From assembly GCA_964414295.1 (NCBI GenBank), contig CAYPVU010000010.1, positions 6,937 through 70,936 of the forward strand: a DNA stretch of 64,000 bases. Direction: 5' to 3'. The notes beneath the pieces are model-generated. The model saw nothing but the letters and a program-made list of their open reading frames with translations, had not been told where the DNA came from and made no database searches. This DNA is from an uncultured Candidatus Saccharibacteria bacterium. Its GTDB lineage: Bacteria; Patescibacteriota; Dojkabacteria; J137. Below, one piece after another: positions 49,588 through 59,410 of the stretch. Within the stretch, counting starts at the first letter, position 1. Every line of letters starts with the position of its first letter. Made by a program: the position numbers and the translations under genes.

Positions 49588-50235
49588 ATGAAGTCTTTAT
49601 TCGATTCACCCACCGTAGAGTACTGCGAAAAAGCCATTGAAGGATTAATTTCAAGACCAGGCTATGCAGTATCTAACCTTCCTTTTATTATTTTGGGTAT
49701 TATTTTAATACTTAGAGCTAAAAATAATAAGCTTGCAAAGTTATTTGGTGTAAGTGCGATTATCATCGGACTATGTTCGTTTTATTACGATGCATCCTTT
49801 ACCTATCTATCGCAATATATCGACTGGTTAGGGATGTTTATCTTTATCCTTATCCTATCTTTACTAAATGTAAAAAGAATTATAAATATTAGTAATGCTA
49901 AGTTATATTTTTATGCATTCTTAATAATTATCTCCTATCTTTTATTAAGTTTTATTACTCAGCAAGGTACTTTATTCTTTGGAATAGGGGTTATTTTTGT
50001 AATCTTTTCAGAGATGTACCTACTGTATAAGGAACAAAGAAAGGTTGATATTAAGTGGTTGGTAGCTTTGCTATTGTTTCTAGTTGGGTTTATTGCTAGA
50101 AACTTAGATTTATACGGAATAATCTGCGATCCTTCAAATATAATTAATGGTAGAGGTATACTGCATTATCTATCTACGCTCTCTATATTCCTTTTGTATT
50201 TGTACTATACTAATATTAAGCATAAGTCAGAGTGA
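49588..50235 (+). CDS. Ceramidase/CREST-like 7-TM membrane protein
   Basis: YCE, SNLPF, SFYYD, YIDWLGM, C-terminal ILHYLS pattern. Confidence 0.6.
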   Translation: MKSLFDSPTVEYCEKAIEGLISRPGYAVSNLPFIILGIILILRAKNNKLAKLFGVSAIIIGLCSFYYDASFTYLSQYIDWLGMFIFILILSLLNVKRIINISNAKLYFYAFLIIISYLLLSFITQQGTLFFGIGVIFVIFSEMYLLYKEQRKVDIKWLVALLLFLVGFIARNLDLYGIICDPSNIINGRGILHYLSTLSIFLLYLYYTNIKHKSE

Positions 50236-50310
50236 AAATTTTAAATCTTTTTGCTATACTTTGCTTGCTTTTACAGCAAATCTTGAACATTAATAGTAAG
50301 TATTTTTAAT

Positions 50311-50384
50311 AGGCCTGTAGCTCAGCTGGTTAGAGCACGGTTCTTATAAAGCCGGGGTCCGCAGTTCAAGTCTGCGCAGGCCTA
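50311..50384 (+). tRNA. tRNA-Ile (TAT), CCA not encoded
   Basis: AGGCCTG/CAGGCCT acceptor with A73; anticodon arm CGGTT-CTTATAA-AGCCG; D-arm identical to tRNA-Ile(GAT) at 61051. Confidence 0.92.
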
Positions 50385-50481
50385 TTTAGAATATTTAGAC
50401 TTCTATACAAATTTTTCTCTAAAATCGATTAGTTTGCATCAAACCTATTACTACATTAAACTATAGAGTAAAGTTTTTTGT

Positions 50482-51153
50482 ATGCTTAAACTAAATTCAT
50501 TATTAAAATTGTCCTTAATCTTGTTTGCAAGCTTATTAATTCCAAGCTTTTTATCACTATTTAAAATTTCTTTTGATGAATATATTGCAGCACAAAAGGG
50601 GCAGGGTAAGGTTCAGGGAGCAAGTGTAGTAAATGTTCGTACTGTAAATGGAAGAACACCTGACGGGGAAGAACAGTCTGTTATAGTTAATGTTAATCTG
50701 CCACGAATTGGGTCTATTAGAAATCTAAGTGAAAGGCCCTTCGCTTTCCCAAATGCAAAAGCTAATACTGAATCTCCTTTAGTTAATCTCCAAGCACCAT
50801 TATCCTACCCTGATGGCCCAAATAATCCTGTTTATATAATTTCTAAGGATGGTGGAAGAGGAGGGGATTCCTTTTTATTTGCATACGGCGGACTAAAAGG
50901 TAATTATCTATCTTTCTACAACGGAAACAATTACGATATGAATGATGTTAGGATTCAAATAAAATGGTCTAATGGAAACATTGAATATACAAGTATTTAT
51001 TCTACACAGCAAATTCAAAGAAAATTAGGATTTTACGTTGCCGTAAATAACTCTTCTGAGGCTAGTATCCCGTATAATCCCCAAATGAGGATTAAGGAAT
51101 TTTTAGTAAGATTTAAGGATAATGCGGGAATGGAGTATATTGCAGAATTTTAA
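50482..51153 (+). CDS. Hypothetical exported/membrane-anchored protein
   Basis: N-terminal hydrophobic helix, GKVQGAS motif, beta-rich body. Confidence 0.6.
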   Translation: MLKLNSLLKLSLILFASLLIPSFLSLFKISFDEYIAAQKGQGKVQGASVVNVRTVNGRTPDGEEQSVIVNVNLPRIGSIRNLSERPFAFPNAKANTESPLVNLQAPLSYPDGPNNPVYIISKDGGRGGDSFLFAYGGLKGNYLSFYNGNNYDMNDVRIQIKWSNGNIEYTSIYSTQQIQRKLGFYVAVNNSSEASIPYNPQMRIKEFLVRFKDNAGMEYIAEF

Positions 51154-52019
51154 AGCTCTACAAGCTTATTTTCAGGCCTTGCTTTATATTTCTTACTTAA
51201 TAATTCTAAATATCTTGTAGTTGTAGCAATGTTTTTATGCCCAACAATTTCTGCAAGAGTAGTTAAAGATATACCATTGCTTAGTTGATTTACTATAAAT
51301 GTATTTCTAAGATCATTTACGCAGGCATTTCTCACCTTTGCTTTGATTATTATTCTATCGATTGAGCCTCTAATATTCCTTACTTCTATACTTCTACCTG
51401 TTTTAGTACAGAATAGAGGGGAATTGGGCTTTTTAGCAAACTTGTGCTGTGCTAGATATGCTTTTAGTTCAGTCAATAACTTCCCATTAATTGGAACCTT
51501 TCTTTCATCATTGCTGCCAAATTGTTCTATTTGTACATAAGGTCTAGAACCGCTTAAATGTAGATCCTTTATTTTTATTCTTGAAAGCTCCCCAATTCTT
51601 ACACCGGTTTGAAGAAGAAATTCAATAATTACAAATATTTTATAATTATCTCTACTACATTCTTTTAGTGCTAAATATTCAGGTCTAGATAAAAATCGTT
51701 GTTTCTTTATTCTAAACTTAGGATGAGAAATATTTAAAGTAGGATTTGATTTAATATACTTTTTTTCCTCTAAAAACTTATAGAAAGTTCTTATGCTGTT
51801 CAGTTTTCTAGAAATTGTCTTTGCAGAAAGAGTATAGGTATTTTGTAAAAAGTTTAAACCATGTTTTATATCTGCTTCACTAAAATCTACTAAAGATTTA
51901 TTTAGATTGCTTTCTGCTAACTGACTTAAGTCATTTTTATAAGCTATTAGCGTTGACTTTGCTTTCCCCCTTCTTTTAAGGTAATTTATAAAGTCATTTA
52001 TTAATTTTTCAGTTTCCAT
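51150..52019 (-). CDS. Tyrosine recombinase, XerC/XerD-like
   Basis: SAM-like N-domain (TLIAYKNDL, TISRKLNSIRTFYKFL), TGVRIGEL, DLRNTF, IVGH..IATTTRY. Confidence 0.88.
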   Translation of the reverse strand: METEKLINDFINYLKRRGKAKSTLIAYKNDLSQLAESNLNKSLVDFSEADIKHGLNFLQNTYTLSAKTISRKLNSIRTFYKFLEEKKYIKSNPTLNISHPKFRIKKQRFLSRPEYLALKECSRDNYKIFVIIEFLLQTGVRIGELSRIKIKDLHLSGSRPYVQIEQFGSNDERKVPINGKLLTELKAYLAQHKFAKKPNSPLFCTKTGRSIEVRNIRGSIDRIIIKAKVRNACVNDLRNTFIVNQLSNGISLTTLAEIVGHKNIATTTRYLELLSKKYKARPENKLVEL

Positions 52020-52090
52020 TTGCAGAATTGGTTTACAAGTGACAAAATATTAACATGGGTATATTATAGGGTCAATTAACTTAAAAATTT

Positions 52091-52504
52091 ATGCAGGGCT
52101 TACTTAAAAGAATCTTTCAAAAAGCAAAAAATAATTTAAATGAGGTTAAATTTGACGGTATAGCGTTATCTATTGTTCTTGCTTTTTTAGTTCTAGTAAT
52201 TGCAGGCAATATTATAAGAGTTTTCACTAATGGGCAAAGTAATTATTCTACTTTCTTAGAAGAAAAAGCTGAATTAGATAAATTACTAGAAAGGAATGAG
52301 AATCTAAATCAAGAATATGCATATGTAAATTCAGATGAATACAAAGCATTATTACTAAGGGATGCTCAAAACTTAGCTAAACCCGAGGAAACTCTTTACA
52401 ATACAAAAGAACGGCCAAGTTTCTTTTTTGAAGAACCTGAATATTTAGATCTGGAAACAAAAAGTAATTATATGGACTGGTGGTTAAAATTGATCGGGAA
52501 GTAA
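52091..52504 (+). CDS. FtsB/DivIC-like septum formation initiator
   Basis: One TM, short coiled coil, SDEY...RD..NLAKPEET, C-terminal WW. Confidence 0.7.
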   Translation: MQGLLKRIFQKAKNNLNEVKFDGIALSIVLAFLVLVIAGNIIRVFTNGQSNYSTFLEEKAELDKLLERNENLNQEYAYVNSDEYKALLLRDAQNLAKPEETLYNTKERPSFFFEEPEYLDLETKSNYMDWWLKLIGK

Positions 52505-52544
52505 TTATCTGATATAATCCATTGCATTTAAAAATATTAGTGAT

Positions 52545-52619
52545 CGCGGGGTAGAGCAGTGGCAGCTCGTCAGGCTCATAACCTGAAGGTCGTGCGTTCG
52601 AATCGTACCCCCGCAACCA
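52545..52619 (+). tRNA. Initiator tRNA-fMet (CAT)
   Basis: CGCGGGG start with C1:A72 mismatch, A11-U24 D-stem, loop CTCATAA, encoded CCA. Confidence 0.95.
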
Positions 52620-52648
52620 AAAGCCCCTACATGTTTGTAGGGGCTTTT
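52620..52648 (+). terminator. Terminator after tRNA-fMet
   Basis: AAAGCCCCTACA-TGTT-TGTAGGGGCTTTT. Confidence 0.8.
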
Positions 52649-52701
52649 GATTTAAATCGCTTAAAATATTTTAAGTTTCCTGATAAAATCCATAAGCATA
52701 T

Positions 52702-52775
52702 GTCAGGGTAGCTCAGAAGGTTAGAGCACAGGATTCATAAACCTGAGGTCGAGGGTTCGATTCCCTCCCCTGATA
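52702..52775 (+). tRNA. tRNA-Met (CAT), probably elongator
   Basis: GTCAGGG/CCCTGAT acceptor, loop TTCATAA, TTCGATT T-loop; lacks the C4-G69/C5-G68 pairs typical of TilS substrates. Confidence 0.85.
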
Positions 52776-52885
52776 CTATTTATATCTATTCGGCATTTAA
52801 GACCATTATTTCCAAAGAACGTTTTTATAATAGACGTCATAAGATATAATAAATGTAGTTCCAATTTAATTATTCACTTAAATCT

Positions 52886-55291
52886 ATGGATAAAGATTCT
52901 CAATCGAATAAGAAAGAAGAAAAGAAAACCCTTTCCCCACAAGAAGAAATGGAAAAGTTATCGAATGAAATACTTAATAAGATTCAATCTGTACAAAAAA
53001 AGCCGAACAAAAAGAGTAAAGGATTTGTACCTCGATTTAATCCTTTATTTTTAATAATTGGAGTATTCTTAATCCTCCTTTTAGCACTTAGCTTTTTTAA
53101 TCGATCTGGAAATAATGCAGTTAATACAACTTTAGACAGCATTGTTAGAGGTGTAAAAGATAATAGATTCTCTCAGGTTTATATTCAGAATGATGGAAAG
53201 GTAATTGCATATAGTAAATCTTATGCAGTTGTAGGTTCTGCAGAAGACGTTCAAGTTCAAACTTCTGACAAATATAAATATACTGCAGATTCCTCTGATG
53301 GTTTTGAAGTTCAGACTTTAGATCAATTTGTTTCTAACTTTACAATAAAAGATTCTCTTACAGCTCTAAGAGCTTTATTGAATAATCAATATTCAACAAT
53401 AAGAGAAGTTGTAATAGGGGAAAACTATATTATTGGTGTAAGACCAACTGGATCTAAGGATATTATTGTCAAAAATGTTTCAGAAAAGGACTTTTTAGGA
53501 AAGTTAAATGACAGAAATCTTACTATTGAATCCCTTACAGCTAACGTTAAAAAGCTTAGAACAGAGTCTATTTCCTTAAATGGAAGCTCATTTACAGAAA
53601 GGAAAAATGATAATCAGTTTACAAATATATTTGCTGTAGACAATATGCTAATTGCAAGAATGAAACCTGAATTGGTTCAGCAGTATTACGTTGACTGGAA
53701 TCCTAATATCTATTCTTTTACAGACTTATTACAGAACGAAGGAGTTTCCTTAACTAATGAAAGTGTAGAAATACTCTCGGTTAATGTTCCTTCTAGTATT
53801 GGATTCTCGGATATTATTAACATTATTACACTTGTAGGTTTTGTAGTTTTAATATTCTTTATATTTAGAGGAGCTCAAGGTTCAGGAATGGGGATTATGC
53901 AGTTTGGGCAAAGTAAGGCAAAAGTATTCTTTGGATCAAAAACCGATACTACTTTTGATGACGTAGCAGGTATTGATGAAGCAAGAAATGAATTATTTGA
54001 AATTGTAGATTTCTTAAAAAATCCTAATAAATATAGAAAGTTAGGAGCAAGAATTCCAAAAGGTATTTTATTAGTTGGTCCTCCAGGTACAGGTAAAACC
54101 CTCTTGGCTAGAGCTATTGCTGGAGAAGCAAAAGTTCCATTCTTCCATACTTCTGGATCAGAATTTGAAGAAATGTTAGTTGGTGCAGGTGCTTCCAGAG
54201 TAAGAGACCTTTTTGACAAGGCAAAAAAGGCTGCTCCATCCTTAATATTTATTGATGAAATTGATGCTGTAGCTAGAAAAAGAGGTACAAAAATTCAGAC
54301 TGGTGCTACTGAGCAGACATTAAATCAAATTCTTGTAGAAATGGATGGATTTGAAAAAAATACAAATGTTATTGTATTGGCTGCTACAAATAGACCTGAT
54401 GTTTTAGATCCAGCTATATTAAGACCAGGAAGATTTGATAGGCAAGTAAGAATTGATTTACCAGATGTTGAAGGAAGAAAGAAGATCTTAGATATACATG
54501 GAGAAAATAAGCCTTTTGCGGCAGATGTAGATTTATACAGAATTGCAAAAAGAACTGTGGGCTTTACTGGGGCTGATTTAGAAAATATTCTTAATGAAGC
54601 AGCAATTATTGCAGCAAATGCTAACAAAAAAGAAATCAGTGATTCAGATATTGATGAAGCGGTTTCTAAGGTAGTTTTAGGCCCAGCTAAAAAGTCTAAG
54701 AAAAGAACTGAAAAAGAACTTAAATTAGTTGCTTATCACGAAGCAGGTCATGCGGTAGTCGCTAAATATACATCTAATTCAACTCCTGTTGATAGAATTT
54801 CTATTGTATCAAGAGGTATGTCAGGTGGAGTTACAATGTTCTTACCAGAAACAGATGAATATATAATCTCAAAAGGTAAGCTTCTTGCTGATATTACTGT
54901 TGGACTTGGTGGTAGAGCAGCGGAAGAGTTAGCATTAGATGATATTTCTACAGGAGCATCTAACGATATTGAAAAGGCTACGGCAATTGCAAGAAGAATG
55001 GTTCAGAGGTTTGGTATGAGTGATAAATTAGGCTTAGTACAATATGGTGATTTTGAAGAAAATGAATATTTAGGTTATGCATATTCAACAAGTAAAGAAT
55101 ATTCAGAAAAAACAGCTGAAGAAATCGATACTGAAGTAAGATCAATTATTGAAAATGCTTATACTAATGCCAAAAAAGTATTAGAAGAGCATAGAGATAA
55201 ATTAGATTTGGTAGCTAATATGCTACTAGAAAAGGAAGTGATGTCCAAAGAGGAGTTTGATGCTTTATTTACTGAGCAGCAAGATCAATAA
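52886..55291 (+). CDS. ftsH: ATP-dependent zinc metalloprotease FtsH
   Basis: Two TMs, [40 protein letters not shown]. Confidence 0.98.
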   Translation: MDKDSQSNKKEEKKTLSPQEEMEKLSNEILNKIQSVQKKPNKKSKGFVPRFNPLFLIIGVFLILLLALSFFNRSGNNAVNTTLDSIVRGVKDNRFSQVYIQNDGKVIAYSKSYAVVGSAEDVQVQTSDKYKYTADSSDGFEVQTLDQFVSNFTIKDSLTALRALLNNQYSTIREVVIGENYIIGVRPTGSKDIIVKNVSEKDFLGKLNDRNLTIESLTANVKKLRTESISLNGSSFTERKNDNQFTNIFAVDNMLIARMKPELVQQYYVDWNPNIYSFTDLLQNEGVSLTNESVEILSVNVPSSIGFSDIINIITLVGFVVLIFFIFRGAQGSGMGIMQFGQSKAKVFFGSKTDTTFDDVAGIDEARNELFEIVDFLKNPNKYRKLGARIPKGILLVGPPGTGKTLLARAIAGEAKVPFFHTSGSEFEEMLVGAGASRVRDLFDKAKKAAPSLIFIDEIDAVARKRGTKIQTGATEQTLNQILVEMDGFEKNTNVIVLAATNRPDVLDPAILRPGRFDRQVRIDLPDVEGRKKILDIHGENKPFAADVDLYRIAKRTVGFTGADLENILNEAAIIAANANKKEISDSDIDEAVSKVVLGPAKKSKKRTEKELKLVAYHEAGHAVVAKYTSNSTPVDRISIVSRGMSGGVTMFLPETDEYIISKGKLLADITVGLGGRAAEELALDDISTGASNDIEKATAIARRMVQRFGMSDKLGLVQYGDFEENEYLGYAYSTSKEYSEKTAEEIDTEVRSIIENAYTNAKKVLEEHRDKLDLVANMLLEKEVMSKEEFDALFTEQQDQ

Positions 55292-55863
55292 TGGCTCAAT
55301 TCCTGGATCTATACAGCATAACTCTTGACTTTATATTTAAAATGACAGGACCAATAACTGGGATAGCAGTTATTGGTCTTTGTTTTGTTTATAGAAAACA
55401 ATTAGCTGATTTTTTAGTTAGCAATATACAAAGGATAAAGGGTAAAATCTTTAATCAGGAGATTGATATAGAGTTAAGGAAGAGAGAGCAGAGTATACCT
55501 GTAATAAAGGATGTGGAAAAAGATGTGTTAAAAAAGGATAAAGATGAGCTTCTAAAAGCCTTAGAATTCGAAAAGATTTACTCAATTATATTTGGTTCCC
55601 AAATAGAGCTTTTAAGAGATATTTCGATTTTCAAGGATCTGCCTTATACAAGATTAACCGGATACTTTTACTTTTTAGATAAGAAAAGGGAATTCCCTAT
55701 ACTTGATAGTTGGAGTTATGATGAGTACTTGAAGATTCTTATTAATAATAATTTAATTGAACTTAGCCCAATAGAGTCAGAGCAAAAGTTAGAAATTACT
55801 AAAAAAGGTTTGGACTTTTTAAGGTACATAGACGAAAATAACTACAACGATAGACTTTTTTAA
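55291..55863 (+). CDS. Hypothetical protein, N-terminal TM and winged-helix-like C-terminus
   Basis: FEKIYSIIFGSQIELL..YLKILINNNLI..EITKKGLDFL. Confidence 0.6.
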   Translation: MAQFLDLYSITLDFIFKMTGPITGIAVIGLCFVYRKQLADFLVSNIQRIKGKIFNQEIDIELRKREQSIPVIKDVEKDVLKKDKDELLKALEFEKIYSIIFGSQIELLRDISIFKDLPYTRLTGYFYFLDKKREFPILDSWSYDEYLKILINNNLIELSPIESEQKLEITKKGLDFLRYIDENNYNDRLF

Positions 55864-55864
55864 T

Positions 55865-58459
55865 ATGGAAAAGAAAACATTTTTAATAATTGATTCTCAT
55901 GCACTTATACATAGAGCGTTTCACGCGTTCCCTCCGACGCTTTCTAATGCAAAGGGTGAACCTACAAATGCTGTCTATGGATTTGCGGGGCTTTTGTTAG
56001 ATGTATTATTAAAGTTTCAGCCAAGTAGGGTGGTAGCGGTTTTTGATTCTCACGGCCCAACAGTTAGAAGTACAGAGTTTCAGGGTTATAAAGCTAATAG
56101 AGCTGAAACAGATAGCTTGTTAATACCTCAATTCCCAATGGTTTATGAATTAATTCAAATGTTTGATATCCCAATGGTTATACAAGACGGTATCGAAGCA
56201 GATGATTTAATAGGTACTTTAGATGATAAATACTCTAATGATGTAATGCAGACAGTTATTGTTACTGGCGATAGGGATTTATTTCAGCTTGTAGACCAAG
56301 ATACATTTGTATATTTAGCAGGTTCAAAATTCTCTGAATCAAAACTTTATAATTCAGAAATGGTAAAAGAGAAGATGGGAGTAGGTCCTGAGTATATAAC
56401 AGATTTAAAAGGTTTAAGCGGAGATGCTTCAGATAATATTCCGGGTGTTAAAGGAATTGGTGCTAAAGGAGCTGCTGATTTAATAAATAAGTATGGAACT
56501 ATAGAAGAAATTTATACCAAAATAGATCAGGTAGAAAATAGATATAGACAAAAGTTAGTAGATGGTTATGAGGATGCTCAATTATCTAAAAGATTAGCAA
56601 CTATTTTTAAAGATATACCTATTAGCTTTAACTTAGATCATGCAGATTTTTCTACGGTAAATAAAGGAAAGATCACAAAGTTTTTTCAGGAAATGCAGTT
56701 TAGGTCTCTAATGCCTAGGCTAGATAAGTTTTTTGATATCTATGCCATTGAATCTAATGAATTAGATCTATTTTCTGAACCTAAGCAACAAAAACCTGTT
56801 GTTGAGATAGGTTTATGGAATTCTAGTATAGATCTAGAAGATGATTTGTATATATTAGCTAACATTAAGAATAAAGAATTAAGCCCAATAAACTGGAGTA
56901 TTGATAAATTGCTTCTATTAAGCAATGGAAATATATACAGGATAGAGGGGGAAGAGGTAGCAAGCTTTTTTGAACAAAATAGTAGGAAGCAGTTTATTAC
57001 TTTTGATAAAAAGTGGATTTTGCATTCATTGATAAATAACAAAAACAATAATTGGGTTAATTTAAAAATAAAGGATTTAGGAATTTATGCCTTTGCTCTT
57101 GCTGAAGGGCAAGTAAAATTTGACCTTACTAGTGTATTAAATTGGGCCAATATATATAGTGAGAATACAGATGAGTCTAAGCTTTTAGCTTTTAAAGAAT
57201 TAAATGAATTTATATATTTAAAGCAAGCAGAGCTTGATTTAAAACAAAAGTTAATAGATTTAGAAGATACCGTAATGTTAACTACGGTAGAAATGGAACA
57301 AAATGGTATCACAGTGAATGGAGATTCTTTAAGAAACTTTAATGAGATTCTTAGTAGTAAATTAGAAGAATTTAGAACTGGTATATATTTGAGCGCTGGC
57401 CATGAATTTAATATTAATTCCCCTAAACAAGTTTCGGATGTTTTATTTAAAGAAAAAGCTTTACCAGTAAATCGTAAAACAAAGGGTGGAGCGCTTAGTA
57501 CAAATGAGTCTACACTAAGGTCATTAATTGGTGTGGATCCTATTATAGAGCATTTATTGGCTTATAGAGAGGTAGATAAGTTATTAAATACATATGTTAA
57601 GGCTTTGCCAGAATATGTGGATAGGGATGGTAAAATTCACTCTGTTTTTGATCAGTTTGGTGCAGTAAGTGGGCGTTATTCTTCAAAGAATCCGAACCTT
57701 CAGAATATTCCATTTACAGAAGTGTACGGCGTAAACATTAGAAATGCGTTTGTTTCTTCTGAGGGTTATAAGTTAATCTCGTTTGACTATTCACAACAAG
57801 AGCTTAGGGTCTTAGCAGCCTTATCTGGAGAAGAGGTTATGGTTGATAGTTTTAATAACGGAGTTGATATTCATAAAATTACTGCTGCAGAGTTGTTTGG
57901 GGTAGAACTGGATAAGGTTGATTCTAGTCAAAGGCAAGTTGGGAAAACAGTTAACTTTTCGGTCATCTACGGAATCTCGGCATTCGGACTGTCCGAAAGA
58001 CTTGGTTTGAACAGGGCTACTGCCGATACATTTATAAAAAAATATTTTGAAAAATATTCAAAAGTAAGGATGTTTTTAGACGAGACTATTAATAAAGCAA
58101 AGGAGACGGGGTACAGTGAGACTATTCTAGGAAGACGTAGAATTAATAATATGATTAAATCTAATAACAGGGCTTTAAAGAATGCTGCAGAAAGAGAGTT
58201 GTTTAATTTTGTGATACAAGGTAGCGCTGCAGATATTATGAAGAGTTCTATGACGAAATTCCCTGATATTATTAAAAAATATAATGCAAAAATTCTGTTA
58301 CAAATACACGATGAATTTTTATTTGAATTTCCTGAAGAGAATTCTTATTTAGAAGATGCATTTGTAGAGGAGATTTGTACTGCTATGTCCAGTGCTTTAA
58401 ATTTAGGTGTTGAATATAAGGTAGAGGTTAATAAGGGAAATATTTGGGGAGAAATATAG
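55865..58459 (+). CDS. polA: DNA polymerase I
   Basis: 5' nuclease (IDSHALIHRAFHA, EADDLIG, GDASDNIPGVKGIG), motifs A DYSQQELR, B KTVNFSVIYG, C QIHDE; 3'-5' exonuclease region degenerate. Confidence 0.97.
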   Translation: MEKKTFLIIDSHALIHRAFHAFPPTLSNAKGEPTNAVYGFAGLLLDVLLKFQPSRVVAVFDSHGPTVRSTEFQGYKANRAETDSLLIPQFPMVYELIQMFDIPMVIQDGIEADDLIGTLDDKYSNDVMQTVIVTGDRDLFQLVDQDTFVYLAGSKFSESKLYNSEMVKEKMGVGPEYITDLKGLSGDASDNIPGVKGIGAKGAADLINKYGTIEEIYTKIDQVENRYRQKLVDGYEDAQLSKRLATIFKDIPISFNLDHADFSTVNKGKITKFFQEMQFRSLMPRLDKFFDIYAIESNELDLFSEPKQQKPVVEIGLWNSSIDLEDDLYILANIKNKELSPINWSIDKLLLLSNGNIYRIEGEEVASFFEQNSRKQFITFDKKWILHSLINNKNNNWVNLKIKDLGIYAFALAEGQVKFDLTSVLNWANIYSENTDESKLLAFKELNEFIYLKQAELDLKQKLIDLEDTVMLTTVEMEQNGITVNGDSLRNFNEILSSKLEEFRTGIYLSAGHEFNINSPKQVSDVLFKEKALPVNRKTKGGALSTNESTLRSLIGVDPIIEHLLAYREVDKLLNTYVKALPEYVDRDGKIHSVFDQFGAVSGRYSSKNPNLQNIPFTEVYGVNIRNAFVSSEGYKLISFDYSQQELRVLAALSGEEVMVDSFNNGVDIHKITAAELFGVELDKVDSSQRQVGKTVNFSVIYGISAFGLSERLGLNRATADTFIKKYFEKYSKVRMFLDETINKAKETGYSETILGRRRINNMIKSNNRALKNAAERELFNFVIQGSAADIMKSSMTKFPDIIKKYNAKILLQIHDEFLFEFPEENSYLEDAFVEEICTAMSSALNLGVEYKVEVNKGNIWGEI

Positions 58460-58522
58460 TTTCAGTCTTGCCTTCAGTTTTTCTACATATTAATATTATG
58501 TAGTTAAATTTTGTCCGATTTT

Positions 58523-59056
58523 ATGAAAAATTTCTTAAAATCTATATTCATTTTATTATCAATCTTTTCCGTAATTGGTATTGTTGTTCTTATATTTGTA
58601 TATATAAAAAGAAATATTAAGATTTTTACTGACTTATATAATGAGATTGAAGCTTCTTTTAGAGATGGCAAACTTGATAGTAAAGAGCAGGAGAAAGTTG
58701 TTGACGCTGCAAATGTTATTAAAGATGAGATTCAGAAGGATGTAAAAGATATTCAAAAAGATGTAAAGGAGGAGGAGGTGGTTATCCCGGTTAAAAAAGT
58801 AATAAAGAATTTTAGTAAGGATATTTCTAAGGTTAAAAGAAAAAATGCTGTTTTGTCTAAGGGTGGTTTGAATTCAAGGCAAGAGCAGATCTTTAATTAT
58901 ATAAAGTTGAATTCAGAAGTTAAAATGTCTTCTGTAAGTCAAATATTTAATAAAGTTACCCCAAGAACATTAAGGAGGGATTTTGAAAAACTCCAACAGT
59001 TGGGGCTTGTAAGACAAGAGGGTAAGACTAGAGATGCAGTGTATAAAATTATTTAA
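58523..59056 (+). CDS. Membrane-anchored DeoR-type winged-HTH protein
   Basis: N-terminal TM; LNSRQEQIFNYI..VTPRTLRRDFEKL...GLV...G. Confidence 0.7.
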   Translation: MKNFLKSIFILLSIFSVIGIVVLIFVYIKRNIKIFTDLYNEIEASFRDGKLDSKEQEKVVDAANVIKDEIQKDVKDIQKDVKEEEVVIPVKKVIKNFSKDISKVKRKNAVLSKGGLNSRQEQIFNYIKLNSEVKMSSVSQIFNKVTPRTLRRDFEKLQQLGLVRQEGKTRDAVYKII

Positions 59057-59074
59057 ATTTCTTGCTAAAAATAC

Positions 59075-59103
59075 TTGCAAATATAAATTCTGGGGTGTAC
59101 AAT
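59075..59103 (+). promoter_or_regulatory. rRNA operon sigma70 promoter
   Basis: TTGCAA-17 bp-TACAAT. Confidence 0.75.
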
Positions 59104-59237
59104 CTCAATACAAATTTTTTGCACCAGTACTAATCTTAAAACAAGCGTTTAAGAAGGCTGGTTTACCTCATAATAGAAATGGAATTTAAAATCTTTAAGC
59201 GGAGAGATTTCTTTGCGCTTTAGATTTTAGAGGTACG

Positions 59238-59264
59238 CACTTTGAATATTTAAAAGTGACAAGG
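59238..59264 (+). promoter_or_regulatory. 16S processing stalk, 5' strand (pairs with ~60988-61013)
   Basis: ACTTTGAATATTTAAAAGTGACAAGG is complementary to CCTTGTCACTTTTTAGTATTCAAAGT after the 16S. Confidence 0.75.
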
Positions 59265-59410
59265 TTTCTTTAATATTTCTTTGAAGTCAAGGTCTAAACT
59301 ACCAATCATTAAATTGATTTTATCCTACTTGCAGAAATGCAAAAGGATTTAATAAATCCTAAGTTCAAGTAATTGAACGACGGTCTTCCGCATCGTCAAG
59401 TGGAAGTATT

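Noticed and set aside
52377-52616. 79-aa minus-strand ORF
   Set aside because: Antisense translation of tRNA-fMet and the ftsB-like gene
52702-52775. tRNA-Ile2 (lysidine) assignment for the second CAT tRNA
   Set aside because: Acceptor stem lacks the Ile-type/TilS determinants and a UAU tRNA-Ile exists; elongator Met is more likely, though not proven
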